From: Lophium mytilinum
Lineage: Eukaryota
Length of the DNA: 64,000 nucleotides
Direction of reading: 5' to 3'
NCBI GenBank assembly: GCA_010093605.1
Contig: MU004185.1
Span: 2,005,334 to 2,069,333 of the forward strand
A program made the translations under genes and the position numbers. This document shows positions 11,503 to 24,906 of the stretch, piece by piece. Position 1 is the stretch's first letter. The number at the start of each line of letters is the position of its first letter. The notes below the pieces were generated by a model. The model had not been told where the DNA came from. It ran no database searches and saw only the letters and a list, made by a program, of their open reading frames with translations.

Positions 11503-11706
11503 GCTGGCGGAGCGAGTTTTAATAACTTGTGTAGGCTCTCCTGCCAACGTTTGAGGTGCTTCGATGTGTTGTGTGGTTGTGGAAAAGTGATAGCTTTTGG
11601 TATAGCTGTGGAACAATGGGATGAGTTTCGATGATGGGGATCGGGGGATGTAAAGGTTGGAGAGGAGAGTGGAATGGCGTAATGTTTTGTGTACAGAGCG
11701 CTTGCT

Positions 11707-14700
11707 CTAGTATGGTTTGGAAGGATGAGTCGGCATCGATTGGGATAGCACTCTCGCGGCGATCTCGATTGCCTCTTCTGGGAGGCCTAGCCATTCTTAC
11801 GTTAGAGAAGTCGCGTTACTATGAGAGGAGGGACATACCGGCTACCCTGGCCACTTTCAAGGCATGAGACTGCCTATTGACTCCTTTTCGAAGTCTGTGA
11901 ACATAAGAGAAAGTCCCATCGGGTTCTTCTGCAACGTCTGTGCAGTAGCAACCCAGCGACTCGAAATCCTTGGTCATATCGGCGAGTGCATGGAAATGGG
12001 TCGCGAATAATGCACGGCACTGATTCACATTGTGAAGATGATGCAGACAGGCATAGCCGACTGCTACGCCGTCTTCGGGAGTGGTGCCGCGACCGACTTC
12101 GTCCATGATGACCTGACATAGTGAGCAGCTTTATCATGAGGTTCTAGAGAGTAGACTTACAAAGGAACGTGGTGTAGCTTGCTTGAGGATCTGAGCGGTT
12201 TCAAGCATCTCCACCATGAATGTGGACTGGTCTTGATACAGGTTGTCTGCGGAGCCAACTCTGCTAAACACCTTGTCCACCAATCCGATTTCTGCATACT
12301 CGGCAGGAACAAAGGATCCCGTCTGGGCCAAGATCGATATCAGTGCGTTCTGGCGAAGGAATGTGCTTTTACCGGCCATGTTGGGCCTAGCTAGCAATAT
12401 TAGTTTTGTTTCAGGTGAATTAATGCTGCCTACAACGCCTCATCATAGATCTGTGTACACTTCTCTGCCACCGCCTGGGGTACTTCATGGTGTATTCGAG
12501 ATTCTAAATCGGATGGAAGTTGGGCATTTTGAACAACTCGTTAACCCGTGGGTCCACCCTAGACAGCGGCAGAACGGTGTACACGGATGAGAAGTGTGTC
12601 CGTCGCTCCGGATTAGTTCTAGTGCGTTGAAGCACTACGAGCGGTGGCAAAGACGAGTACTCGGATCTATGACGTGCTGAAGAAGTTCGGACTCACCCGG
12701 TGATCAGCCAAACACGTTCATCGTCTCCTACTGCACAGTCGTTGGAGGTAAAATTACGACCCTGATCTCCAAGGCCAGCCTCAACAACTGGATGCCTTCC
12801 ACCAACGATGTTATGTGTCGTACTGCCGCCTGTTAGCTAAGATGTTGACGAAACACGAATCTGATTCCAATTACCCCGAATTCAAAATAGGCCGAACGAG
12901 ACTCTTTTCCAGAGCCAGAACCGCAAAAGAGCAAGCGACATCAAGCTCGTCCAACACCGCAGCGTTTCGTCTCAGCTTCACCAGGTTCTGAACCACCTCC
13001 GCGCGAAGGTCTCCTAGTGCCCTAGTCTCTTCTGATCGAATCCGAAACCTTGTCTCGTCAAGTTGCGTTCCCAAGTGTGTCCATTCTGGAAGGTGGAACG
13101 ATCGCGTTGATTTGGTGCTGCTGACACTCTTCGCGATTTGAGCTGCGGCACGTGCGACATCCTTCCCCTTGACATGACATATATGACCGAGGTTTGGGGT
13201 CCATTTCAATGTTAGACTTTCGGCACCTTGTGAGAATTAGATTTGATAGGATCGTTGAACAGGGTCTTTGTACTTAGACTCTTCTTGAGGCTGGACTCAA
13301 GCTCCGTTTTCTGTCGAGTGAGATGATCTAATGCCTCGTGCAATTTGGTCAGGCTTTTGCTGGCGCTAGGTGGGATTAGTCACTGCGGACGTTCAGATGA
13401 TATGAACCGCTATACCTTCGTCTCATGATCCAGATGTCTTCTCTACCGTCAGTTGCGCTTTTGAAGCTAGGCGCTATGGCGTTAGATTTTGGTCGGATTT
13501 TCTTTGGCATTTGCTTCAGGTCTTCTTCTCCGGCTTCTTGACCAAGCACCTCTTGAGCCATCTCAATTATTGCGCTCTCTTCGTCATCTTCAAGCCTGTG
13601 TCGCTCGGACAACCCGTCTTCGTCGATAGCTTCCAAAATCCGGGTTGCGAGCTTCATAGGTGAAACCAGATCAAACCGGTTAGACAGCGAAGAAAGACAC
13701 CCTCGGCGGCGTGTATCAGCTTCGGTTGCTTCAGCGTTCAATGGAATAGCGTTACGGGATGAAGAGTGTTCCGTCACCAGATTAGCGATGTCGGTAGTTC
13801 TGAAAATTGTTTTCGATAGTTCAACGAGGTCATCCGCATCGCCTCGGCCGAACGAGAACTTTTGAACCAGCCTGAGAGTGTCGAAAGTACGGCGGAGCTG
13901 GATAACGAGATCCTGCTGTAGTTGAGGATATTCTAGCATCTCCTCGACGAGATCGAGTCGATCATTGATGACAGGTAAGGACATCGAAGGCTCAGCTAGT
14001 AAGAGTTAGTAACTTTGTCTTCCTCAATCAGTTCCTTTCTAAAAGAAAGCAAATACACTTACTAAGTCTCTCAATTAGAAGTCGTGTACCGCTTTTCGTC
14101 ACAGTCTTTCTAAGTGTGTGAAGCAAGCTGCCTTCCTGTCGTCCATCTCTCATCGTCGTCCGAATCTCCAAAGCTCTCAAACTGTTCCTGTCGATGCTCA
14201 TAAAATTTTCAGGTTGGTGGCTGATTGGAGCTTGTAGCCTCGCCTTCGAGCCTTGTAGTTGCGTATTGACATAATGCAGTAGAGATCCACCAGCAGCGAC
14301 TTCTGCCGGACTAAAGTTCGTCGTGTCAAAGTCCTCTATCACATCTTCAAGCATCGGGATCCAGTCTGCGAGTGCGAGCTTCTGCCCCAGAGGCTCTTGA
14401 TAAGTGATAACATAACCATCCTCTTGGAGCATGGACACAATGCGTGACTCCCGTTGGTCTTTGAAGCTGCTGTCCAGAATAATCTCTCGTGGTCCGATTC
14501 GCGCAACAGCTGATGGTAGAGAGGCTACATCCGTACTTTGCGTGAGGAAATCCCCGCTTGAAAGATCGACCCACGCCAGGCCCACTTCTGTACGAGGTAG
14601 ATTCAGTACCGAGGGCACTTTGTCCGTACCAGGCGTATCTTGGACAGGACCGAGTGATTTGAGAGCTTCATGGTCAACATGGATGCTGAGCAAGTAATTG

Positions 14701-15465
14701 TTCTTCCAGGGATCCATGAAGCTCTCATCAATCAACGTCCCGGGAGTGATGATGCGCGTGACTTTGCGATCAAACTTGAGCTCTCCAGACTTGACTTTCT
14801 TCGAAGCATCATTCGGGATTTCTTCGCTGACAGCAACAGACTTATTCTGGTCCTGGACTAAAATCTTAAGAAAACGCTCAAGTTGATGGGCAGGAAACCC
14901 AGCCTAGAAATTGGTTAGCGCAGTAGATAAAATCTGCTCACGTGCTCATACCATAGGTACAGCGCTGCCCTTTCTTTTCGAAACTTTCAAGTTCATAAGA
15001 GGTCCATAAGTCTCGGCATGGTCGAAAAACAGCTTCAGATATCATTAGCTAAGATTGAAATGCAGCCAGGTGCGTAAGTACCTCGTAGAAGCCACCAACG
15101 CGAGTGAGGACAACGCAGTGGCCAAACTTGAGCATGTTGTTCCGCGCCTGTTGGACAACGGTTGGATATTCCGGTACTTCATCTTTTCCTGGTCTCTTCT
15201 CAAGGCCTGCTGTGATGCTGGCTTGAGGTAAATCACCAAGAGAAAGGTCGTCAAACTCCACTGTAGATTTAGTTTTTGCGCCCCTTCGGCAAATAGATGG
15301 ATAGCATCTCGCCAATGGCTTCAAGGCACGCGCTGCAGGACGCGAAGCAAGCAAGGGGTACGAGAAATTCTTGGATGGGTGTTGACCAGAATGCACAGTG
15401 CGCGTACAGATCAACCGCAATGCTTTAATGCTGCTTCGACGCGCAACATTATCGATGAGCATCAT
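11707..15465 (-). CDS. MSH1: Mitochondrial MutS homolog Msh1 (multi-exon)
   Basis: MutS motifs: [22 protein letters not shown], Walker A ITG|PNMAGKS (split by intron 12387-12696), [21 protein letters not shown]. Basic N-terminal presequence. Last exon [14 protein letters not shown] ends at TAG 11707. Confidence 0.93.
12387..12696 (-). mobile_element. 310-nt hairpin-forming spliceosomal intron, candidate introner-like element (homologous to ATP1 intron 55470-55712)
   Basis: GTGAGT donor, CTAAT branch, TAG acceptor. Arms 12628-12669 and 12432-12481 are mutually complementary and align with the ATP1 intron arms. Confidence 0.6.
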
Positions 15466-15656
15466 CTGAAGGCTGACGGATTGTGTGACGTTTTGATGGA
15501 CGGAGATATCTGCGTGGTGTTGCTCTTCGAGATACAGGGGTAATATCTAGTCTAACTCGAATCGAAACTAGCGCAACGCGGGGAGCTGGTGTCATCGAAT
15601 TCGAAGTGCTCGGCCTCGGAGTTTACATAGACACCCCCACCAACAACCTTGACACA

Positions 15657-16960
15657 ATGGCGCCGCAATTCGAGAAGATGAAGAACGATCTGCTATTAAG
15701 GACGGCAAGAGGTAGTCTTCATCTCCCCCCAATGCCTTCGTGGCCACGGGCTAATCAATGGAGCAGGGGAGAAGGTGGAGCGCCCGCCCATGTGGGTTAT
15801 GCGTCAAGGTAAGGTATATAGCACACGAGACTGAGCGTTGCTAATATCATTCTACAGCTGGAAGGTATCTCCCCGAGTATCATGAAGCAAAAGGGAAGAG
15901 CGATTTCTTCGAATGCTGTCGCTCGCCCGAAATCGCCTCTACTCTCACTCTCCAACCCATCGAACGCTTCGCCGGTCTTATCGACGCAGCAATCATATTT
16001 TCGGACATTCTGGTCATTCCACAAGCAATGGGCATGGAGGTGATAATGGTGGACAAGAAGGGGCCGCATTTCCCGGAGCCACTCAAGTCGCCTGACGACA
16101 AGCAATACAAAGAGGTCATGGAGCGCAAGGTCGACGTCAAGGAGTCGCTTGACTATGTATACAAGGCCATAACACTCACAAGACAGAAACTAAAAGGCAG
16201 AGTCCCCCTAATAGGGTTCTGTGGCGCCCCTTGGACGCTGCTCAGTTACATGGTGGAAGGTGGCGGGAGCAAGATGTTCATACAGGTCAAGACTTGGGTT
16301 TTCAGGTATCCCAAAGAAAGCCAGGCCCTTCTACAAAAGATAGCCGAGCTTTGCGTGGAATACTTAGCTCTTCAAGTAGTTGCAGGGGCACAGGTACGAG
16401 GTGTGCTTTCTCGAGGCCCCCAGGTTTACTGACGGGAAACAGATGATCCAGGTATTTGATTCGTGGGCCGGGGAACTTTCACCAGCATCGTTCAAAACTT
16501 TCTCGCTCCCGTACTTGAACTACATTGCCGACCACCTGCCGGCGCGACTAAAGGAGTTGGGCCAAGAACCGGTTCCTATGACAGTGTTTGCTAAAGGCGC
16601 GTGGTATGCGTTGGAGGACCTCTGCGAGTCGAACTACAACGTGATCGGTCTCGATTGGCTCCAAGACCCGGCTGCGGCATATAAAATTGCTCAAGCGAAA
16701 GGGAAGGTGCTCCAGGGAAACGCAGATCCTGGAGTTCTGTATGGCGGTAGGGAAGCTATAACGAGTGTCGTGAAGCAAATGGTGACGGGGTTCGGGGGAG
16801 GGAAACAGGGGTGGATTGCTAATCTCGGACACGGTGGGTTCTTCCTCGTACTGGCTTTCATGCCCTTCTCTAACACAACCTAGGTATCACTCCTTTCGTC
16901 AAACCAGATGATTTGAAGTTCTTCTTTGAAGAGATCCATAAGTATGCTGGATCACCGTGA
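15657..16960 (+). CDS. HEM12: Uroporphyrinogen decarboxylase
   Basis: [13 protein letters not shown] across exons, [47 protein letters not shown]; canonical introns. Confidence 0.95.
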
Positions 16961-17026
16961 TGCGTATCAACACAAGCGTCAATGAAAAAGTTCTTTGTTT
17001 ATATTAGATCCAAAAGCCAGCGAAAG

Positions 17027-17653
17027 CTATAGCTCCTCGCCTATGTCTTCATTCCTGATAGATGTATTAGCATTTAGTCTATAGAGAACATAGTCCGTAA
17101 CGAACCAGTCATCAGGTTTCTCCTTGATAAACTTCTTCATCAACTCCTGACACTCGTCGCTCTTCAGGACGACCACCTCGACCCCTTTCTGCTTGAGATA
17201 ATCTTCGCCGCCTACAAACGTCTTGTTTTCCCCTTGAGAGCGCGTTCAGCCTATTGTGAACAGTCTCAACACCGGCACCCAGGCCTACTTACCAATGACT
17301 ACTCGTTTCACTTGGTACATGACACAAGCTCCCGTGCACATGTCACACGGCGAAAGTGTGGTGTACATTGTGGCACCCCGATATGTTGCAGCCGGCAATC
17401 TTCCAGCATCCTCAAGCGCTGATATTTCCGCCTGATACAAAAGTCAGGGTCAAGGAACCACTGCAGCTCCTGCGGTGAAACCACCGCGACTCACATGAAG
17501 AGTGGCGCTTCCCTTTTGAATGCGCTGATTATGGCCTCGACCCAGAATCTTTCCGTCGGCGGAGACCAGGGCAGCTCCAATTGGGACTCCACCCTCTTTG
17601 CCGCCTTGCTTCGCCTCTTCCAAGGCTGCTTTGAAGCCGCTGTCAGTCTCCAT
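17027..17653 (-). CDS. FCY1: Cytosine deaminase
   Basis: EGGVPIGAALV, GRGHNQRIQKGSATLH|AEISALE, TTLSPCDMCTGAC zinc motifs; 3 introns. Confidence 0.93.
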
Positions 17654-18484
17654 TATCAATACCGATGGAAGGAAATGGAACGGCAGAGGTGGGGAGACAG
17701 CGACACCTGAAGCAGTCCCTGGACTAATCACTCATTATTGCTGGCACGCCGTCACTCGCCGTTGCCCGCCAATCGGCGACGATAACGCGGCTGCGTTCTT
17801 GGAATAGCTCTCACTCTGATTTGCTGTGCTGGCGCGGCTGCAGGTGGTCGCGCCTATGACTTCTACTGCTCCAGGTGCACACGCCTTTAAATGCTTCCTC
17901 ACGACTCCTGCACGCCTCCAGCTCATAAATTCGTGATCGCAAGCTCTGTTTCGCCGCTTCGCTCACCTCATCGTCACTTGTGAGGCACTTGCTGGGGCGT
18001 TAACGTTGCGCAAGGCTGCAGCGCCTGGTGGAAGACGATCGAAAGAATTGGAATCTTGGCTCGGCGCCGCATTCTACCCGTGGAACCTTCAACATCTACC
18101 TACGGCTCCCATTATTCACCCACAACTTTTCGACATCTTCTCACTCCAAATAGCACTCCGACCGAGTCGCTTTACACCCACCATTTCCATCCTCGAACTT
18201 GCAGCACACAGTCCCACCACCACAGCAGCATAGCCTTGGTACCTCGACCAGGTCAGTTCTACCTCCGTCAGCCTGCTTGCGCATGCTTGTGCGAGACAAC
18301 AACCCCAAACAACTCGCCAACCGGACCCTCCTCTGCGGCGCACTTGGCTGACCTTCATCTTGCAACAGTGCCAGTGCGAACAGAAGCTTCGCAGACGCTT
18401 CAACCCTCTCCACACTTCGCCTTTCTCCCCGCCACTTCCCCTCATCGAACCGTCGAGTAGCCGGAAAAGCTCCAGATCGCAATT

Positions 18485-19906
18485 ATGGTAAAGGAGACAA
18501 AGTTTTACGATATTCTGGGGGTACGGAGAACTTTCTTTGCGTACTTTGAACACAGTGCTAACCTAAGCAGGTTCCCCCAGACTGCACAGAAGCCCAGCTG
18601 AAGTCCGCCTACAAGAAGGGCGCACTGAAGCACCATCCAGGTACGGACCCACGCATGCAACGTATCCATTTGACAGATCTCTAACCGCGGCATTGCAGAT
18701 AAGAACGCCCACAACCCAGATGCCGCCGATAAATTCAAGGACCTTTCACATGCCTACGAAGTCCTATCGGATCCCCAGAGGAGGGGTCTCTACGATCAGT
18801 ATGGAGAGGAGGGTCTTGAGCAAGGTGGCGCAGGTGGCGGCATGGCCGCTGAGGACCTGTTTGCCCAGTTCTTCGGTGGGGGCGGAGGACCCTTCGGGGG
18901 CATGTTCGGCGGCGGTATGCGCGAGACGGGCCCAAAGAAGGCGAGGACAATCTCGCATGTCCACAAGGTCTCCCTCGAAGATATTTACCGCGGCAAGATC
19001 TCGAAACTCGCTCTGCAGAAATCAGTCATCTGCCCCAAATGCGATGGCCGTGGTGGCAAAGAAGGAGCGGTCAAGAAGTGCACCGGTTGCGACGGCCGTG
19101 GTATGAAGACCATGATGCGCCAAATGGGTCCCATGATCCAACGCTTCCAGACTGTCTGCCCAGACTGCCAGGGTGAGGGCGAGATCATCCGTGATCGCGA
19201 CCGCTGCAAGCAGTGCAACGGCAAGAAGACCACCATCGAGCGGAAGGTTTTGCATGTTCATGTTGACCGCGGTGTCAAGCCTGGCACTAAAATCGAGTTT
19301 AGGGGCGAGGGTGATCAGCTCCCCGGTGTTGAGCCTGGAGACGTGGTCTTCGAAATTGAGCAGAAGCCACACGCTCGATTCCAGCGCAAGGACGACGACC
19401 TCTTCTACCATGCCGAGATAGACCTTCTGACTGCCTTAGCTGGCGGCGCAATCCACATCGAGCACCTTGACGAGAGATGGTTGACCGTGGAGATCACTCC
19501 AGGAGAAGTTATCAGCCCAGGTAAGCATACTGAACTCTGTAGCTCGAAGACAAGGAGATTTTAACCTCGAACAGGTGAAGTAAAGGTCATCCGTGGTCAG
19601 GGTATGCCATCTTACCGCCACCATGACCATGGAAACCTCTACATCCAATTTGACGTCAAATTCCCCGAAAAGATCACTGGTCCTGACGACGGCCCAATGA
19701 CCGAGGAGGCCAGGCTAGCTTTAGAGCGGATACTACCCCCACGAAAGCTCGACGTCCAGCCACCTCCTGATGCCATGATGGAGGACTTCACCCTGGACTC
19801 CGTTGATCCTACTCGAGAACAGGCACGCGCCAGAGGTATGGCCATGGAGGATGATGATGACGATATGCACCCAGGAGCCGAGCGTGTGCAATGCGCATCT
19901 CAATAA
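18485..19906 (+). CDS. YDJ1: Type I Hsp40/DnaJ chaperone Ydj1/Mas5
   Basis: J domain with HPD split by an intron, G/F region, four CxxCxGxG repeats, C-terminal CaaX CASQ. Confidence 0.95.
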
Positions 19907-22900
19907 ACGTCTTAGCGGAAGAGAGTGACGAGTTACGAAGGTTTGGGACAAAAGACGAGACACACGAACGAAAGGGTCTCATTGGGCGGAGCTGAGGGAA
20001 CTTGACCTCGTCATCCCATGTCGGATGACGAGAAGAAAAGAGTCGGTTCAAGAGACTGAACTTACTCTTCACGGAAGTGCTTTGGCTACTCCATAGCTCT
20101 TTTGCTTGCATTGTCTATTTCCTGCTTTCTTTCAGTCGGTTTATGCGTTAGACGGGGCGGGACGGGGTTTGTCGTCTCAACCTAATTTCTCTATGATTCA
20201 ATGCACTTCTGACGGCATCTTTCATTTGTCACGCGGTGCTCACCTACGGCGTTCACATTGCAAAAGACGTGCTCGGTAAGAAGTTGGTGTGGAGGCACAT
20301 ATTAGTGAGTGCGAGCAGAACTTCATTCACCCGATACACTTGCCCGAATTTCCATGACCGTGACATTGCAGGCAGGCCACCCCCTACAGTGGTGTCGAGT
20401 GAGCAACTTCGAAGCCAAGCAGTGACAGATACGTGTGCCCAGACTTATGGCCTAGTACTGTACAATACCTCTGAGTTGCATTTCCTTCTCGAGCATCCAT
20501 GAGTGAGTCCGCTAATGTTCCAACTATCGATACCATATAGTTATGCGATTATCAGCACAGTACTGACCAAGAGGAGGTCGGACAACAATCGAACACCTAG
20601 CCATATGACATAGCTTATCATTGTGCTCCCACCTCGCCCAGAGTCTCCATGAGAGTGTTCTGAGATCGGGATTCCGCAGTACCTCTTGGGTTAGGCCAAG
20701 CCGCAAAAACCTTAAAGTGCGTGCAAAGCAATAAATATAGCATTATAGGAAACTCCCTCGTTTACATCCTCCATACCATAGCTACTCCTTCAAGATCATT
20801 CATCATTTATCATCTCCAGAATCGTCGGTTCAATCCCCATCAATACCACACCCGCAGTCCTGCACCTCGCAATCTTCTATCCAACAAGTATCAGAGCCAG
20901 CAATGGACCACCTCCGATGATCCACGTTCGATGGAACCTCAACTCAGCACATCAAGACACCCCTAGCATTTTGGGGGCCGGTCGGACTCGGGAGTGTCCA
21001 TGGTTCCTAGTCCGTGCACTTGTTCAAATGAGGCTGAGCACCTGGCCTTATATTCTGGACATGTGATACCGCTAAACATGTATAACACCAAGCCACAAAT
21101 CCTTGAACATTCTTACAAAAGTTCGGCAATAACCGTTCGCACCCTCGTTCTCTCCCGAGCTGACTGCGGCTCGCTATAAAGCAGTCCGAAAGCGGCTCGG
21201 GAATAGCTCTCAATATAGGCAACTCCTTGTGATCAAGAAGCGGCTAGTGTGGTCGCGTGGGAACAACACATTCCCGTGTGACGGCTCTGTGCACACTCTT
21301 CTGCCTCTCGACCCTTTCAGAGGCCTAAAAACATAAAAATCGGCTTTTGGAGCCATCTCGAAAACTCTCTAGACGATGTCGGAAAGCTTGCTCCATCTTT
21401 CAAAAGGAATATCACACATACTGACTGATATTTGGAATTGTACCGAACCCCTTCAAACGGTGGCTGGTAAGCGCTCATATGTTTACAACCAGGCATCATA
21501 AACCCTAGATCCTGACCCCGACAGCATGGCGTAGTACCCCGGGGTGACCTGAGTATCTACGATGGTCGACGATCTGGAGTGGCTGCCGGATGAGAGTAAC
21601 GTCTCGATAATTGCAAGGCACTCTCCTCTGCTGTCGAAACAAAGCGGTTTCCAAAGTTTGCTAACCAATACAAGTAAAATTCGCCCGCGAAGTGCCGGCG
21701 ATCAATTCGTTGGATGCTCATCCCTGCACGGCTAGAGTGACAGAAAAGGAAGGCAGACATGGTGTCTCCGTTTAAGGTTTCCCCTCCATTCAACTGCATC
21801 CACGGATAGTAGTGTAAGACCACGACGTCAAACTGCACGTTACTGCCCGATAATGTGCGGTATCAGGCCTTCTCTATAGCGTTTATTAAGCTCAGGTCGA
21901 AGGAAACCACTTTTATTCTCGGATCGCGCTCGTAAGGAAAGTTCAAAACGCCCAACCAGTTGCAATGATGGGATCTAGGACCCTCAACGCAGCCTATTTT
22001 CCAGGGTCTTTCGAATGCCGAGGAACTCATGCAATGCTAGCTGTCGATCAGGGTCATCTCCCGGTAGATGTAGGTACCGATTCTCCACCTAGCACGCACT
22101 GCGCGCGTACTGACCATTAGTGTGCTAGCAGCATCAGGAGAGCGATCGGATGTTCTTCTAATAGGAAAATAGGCCCACTAGCGCCATAATGTTGATTATA
22201 TCTCCTTCATTTATACCCCTGGCGTAGCACGGCTACCTTCCAGTTACTCTCACCGTGCCCGCTACATCTCCAGGTCGGAGTCTGGTGTGCAGTGGCGTGC
22301 GTCCCGTGTGGTACTCTTTCGTGGTTGTCTCTTAATCAAGCAGATGGAACGCACCGAATCCTTCGCGCATTCTCCACCTTTCAACACAGCCTTCTTTAGA
22401 GTCGGAGACGAAGCATCTTTTCGAGGGCCTGTTTCTACTAACGAACCGTGTGACTGGCCCCCACGTCTTTTTCCCGTCCTTCACGCACCTATTGCGGTCA
22501 GAAACTAGCACTGCTCCGATTGACGTCCTATATAGGACGTCCAGATTGCACAAGAAGGCGAATATGATTGTGCTGCGAGTTGCCGTAAGTCCTCATCGTA
22601 CACTCATCTTTCATTGCTTCGAGCACTTTAGAAGAAATTCGTAATTGGGAAACGGCGCGGCCGCATCGTTTTAGCCGCTCAAGCAAGTCGCCGGGCTACC
22701 CCAGGCGGCGCCTTCGCCGATGTTCGCATTTGCGCGAGCTCCGAGTAGAACGTTACGTTCCTCCAGTCTTTCCATTACGTCCTACCCCAGTCAGTCTTCC
22801 AATAGCCCCTACATATTTACCAAGCCACAATGCTGATCCTTGATAGAGTTCGATGTAACCAGAGCTCTATACCGGCCTGGTGTGGATGTAGGTAGAAGTA

Positions 22901-23165
22901 GCTGCCGCAGGTTGTCTTGAAGTATGATTGAGAATAAGTATATAAGGCAGCGTTATACTCCCAACATTATTCTTCATCACCTTTTGAAGTGTCGTTCCTT
23001 ACCCACTGTCTTTTCTTCTCGGCCACTCATTTGCCTCTTACTGTCATTGCATTCCTTTATAGCCACTCATTTAGTCCTCTAGGACGCTATTCAATCATTA
23101 CTCGCACAAGTTCTCGCACTCTTTGTTCAATTTGAGAGCCCAGACATTCTTATACATACACCGAA

Positions 23166-24527
23166 ATGCGGGCTTTTGCTACTCTAGCATTTGCTACCGC
23201 GGCTAGCCTTATTGGACAAGCCCTGGCAGCACCTATCTCCGGCAGACTGATATCAAGATCCACGGGCATTGTCGTAACTCCTGGTACCGTCGATGACGTT
23301 ATAATCACCGCTGACAACACTGTTAACGGTACCGTTTACACCGGTCATAACGGGACGGTCACTGCGCCTCGTATCCAAGCCACCGAGAAACTTTCATTCG
23401 CACTAGTCAACAACTTCGACGGAGCCCAGATAAACGCTTATGTCACCGGCCGAGATGCGAGTGACAACATCGTGATGCTACAGGCTGACGGAAGCTGGTA
23501 CTTTCCAAATCCCCAAGGTTCCACAACACCAGTTGCCATAACAGGCAACGTGAACATCTCTCTCGGTGCCAAAGGAAGTACCACCAACATTCAATTACCG
23601 GGCTACATCTCCTCTGCCCGAGTCTACTTCGCCGAGGGGAATCTTCAATTTTTTGTCGTCGCAATAGATAGCAACGGCGGCGCCGGGCTCGTCGAACCAG
23701 CCGCGAACAACCCCTCCGATCCCAATGCCGGGGTCAACTGGGGCTTCGTCGAGCTCACAAACAACGACGGCGGACTCTACGCCAACATCAGCTACGTTGA
23801 CTTCGTCGGCCTCGTCCTCTCCATGTCAATGATCGCTGGAGACGGCAGCGTCCAAACCGTCAAAGGCCTCCAAGCCGGCGCCGCCTCTTCGATCTGCAAT
23901 GACCTGACCGCTGTAGCCGGGCAGGACGGCCAGCCGTGGGACCAACTCTGCATGAAAGACAGCAGCGGTAAGCTGCTTCGTGTTCTTGCGCCGACAAAGT
24001 ATCTTGACTTGGCCCCGGACGCGTTTTCGACTTACTTCACGGACTACATCAACACCGTTTGGAGCACGTACTCGACGAAAGACCTCACAATCAACACCCA
24101 GAGTACTTCTGGCAACGTCGCTTGCAGGACCTCAGGTGATGTGTTGAACTGCGCTGGGGATAATCGCAGCTACGCGAAGCCAGTTCCCAAGGATATCTTC
24201 GGGTGCGATAGTGGGACTTTTTACATCGACCGTGCTAACGATAATGCGATCCATTATGCTGTGGCGCCGCGACTGTGTGCTGCCTTTGCTCGTACGACGT
24301 TACTGCTTTCAGGTGGCGATGTGCAGCCTTCGCTGGATAGTGGGAGTTATTATACCACCGCGCCGACCCATCGTTACAGTCAGTATGTGCATAAGTACGA
24401 GACTGACAACAAGGGCTATGCTTTCTCATACGACGATGTCAACCCCTCCGGCGAAAATGCGGCTGGTGTTGTGTCGGATGCGAATCCTCAACTCTTGACG
24501 ATATACGTTGGTGGATATGCAGGTTAG
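23166..24527 (+). CDS. Secreted GH64 beta-1,3-glucanase
   Basis: Signal peptide; NWGFVELT, ANISYVDFVG and GYAFSYDDV motifs typical of GH64; single exon. Confidence 0.9.
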   Translation: MRAFATLAFATAASLIGQALAAPISGRLISRSTGIVVTPGTVDDVIITADNTVNGTVYTGHNGTVTAPRIQATEKLSFALVNNFDGAQINAYVTGRDASDNIVMLQADGSWYFPNPQGSTTPVAITGNVNISLGAKGSTTNIQLPGYISSARVYFAEGNLQFFVVAIDSNGGAGLVEPAANNPSDPNAGVNWGFVELTNNDGGLYANISYVDFVGLVLSMSMIAGDGSVQTVKGLQAGAASSICNDLTAVAGQDGQPWDQLCMKDSSGKLLRVLAPTKYLDLAPDAFSTYFTDYINTVWSTYSTKDLTINTQSTSGNVACRTSGDVLNCAGDNRSYAKPVPKDIFGCDSGTFYIDRANDNAIHYAVAPRLCAAFARTTLLLSGGDVQPSLDSGSYYTTAPTHRYSQYVHKYETDNKGYAFSYDDVNPSGENAAGVVSDANPQLLTIYVGGYAG

Positions 24528-24906
24528 ATAAGGCTGCAGGCTCCCCGGTATTTCGCAAGTACGGAATGCAACCCTAGGGGGGTTGTTTGGAACTTTTGTA
24601 GGCTCGACTCACTACACTCATTTCTACATATTTCGCTCTCGATCTTTCCTGTCACTCGCTTTTGCAGTCACTCGCTTTTGTAAATATCGTTATTTTCGCA
24701 TTGGATACGGGAATGATGGGATGTTTTGTAACATATTGCGGACCTCTCTTTCTTACATTCGTTTGGTACATATTCACTCGCGATATGACATGCCTTGAGG
24801 AGGACGTTGACATGGCATGTATCATCTTAGTCACTTCATCTTATTCATGTTTATAACTTTCTACTTTTGTACATATCAGAACATATCACATTTACTACGA
24901 ATCTGC

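Noticed and set aside
20236..22644. Short ORFs between YDJ1 and GH64
   Set aside because: No family motif; a decayed gene on - at about 21300-21840 is possible but unsupported.
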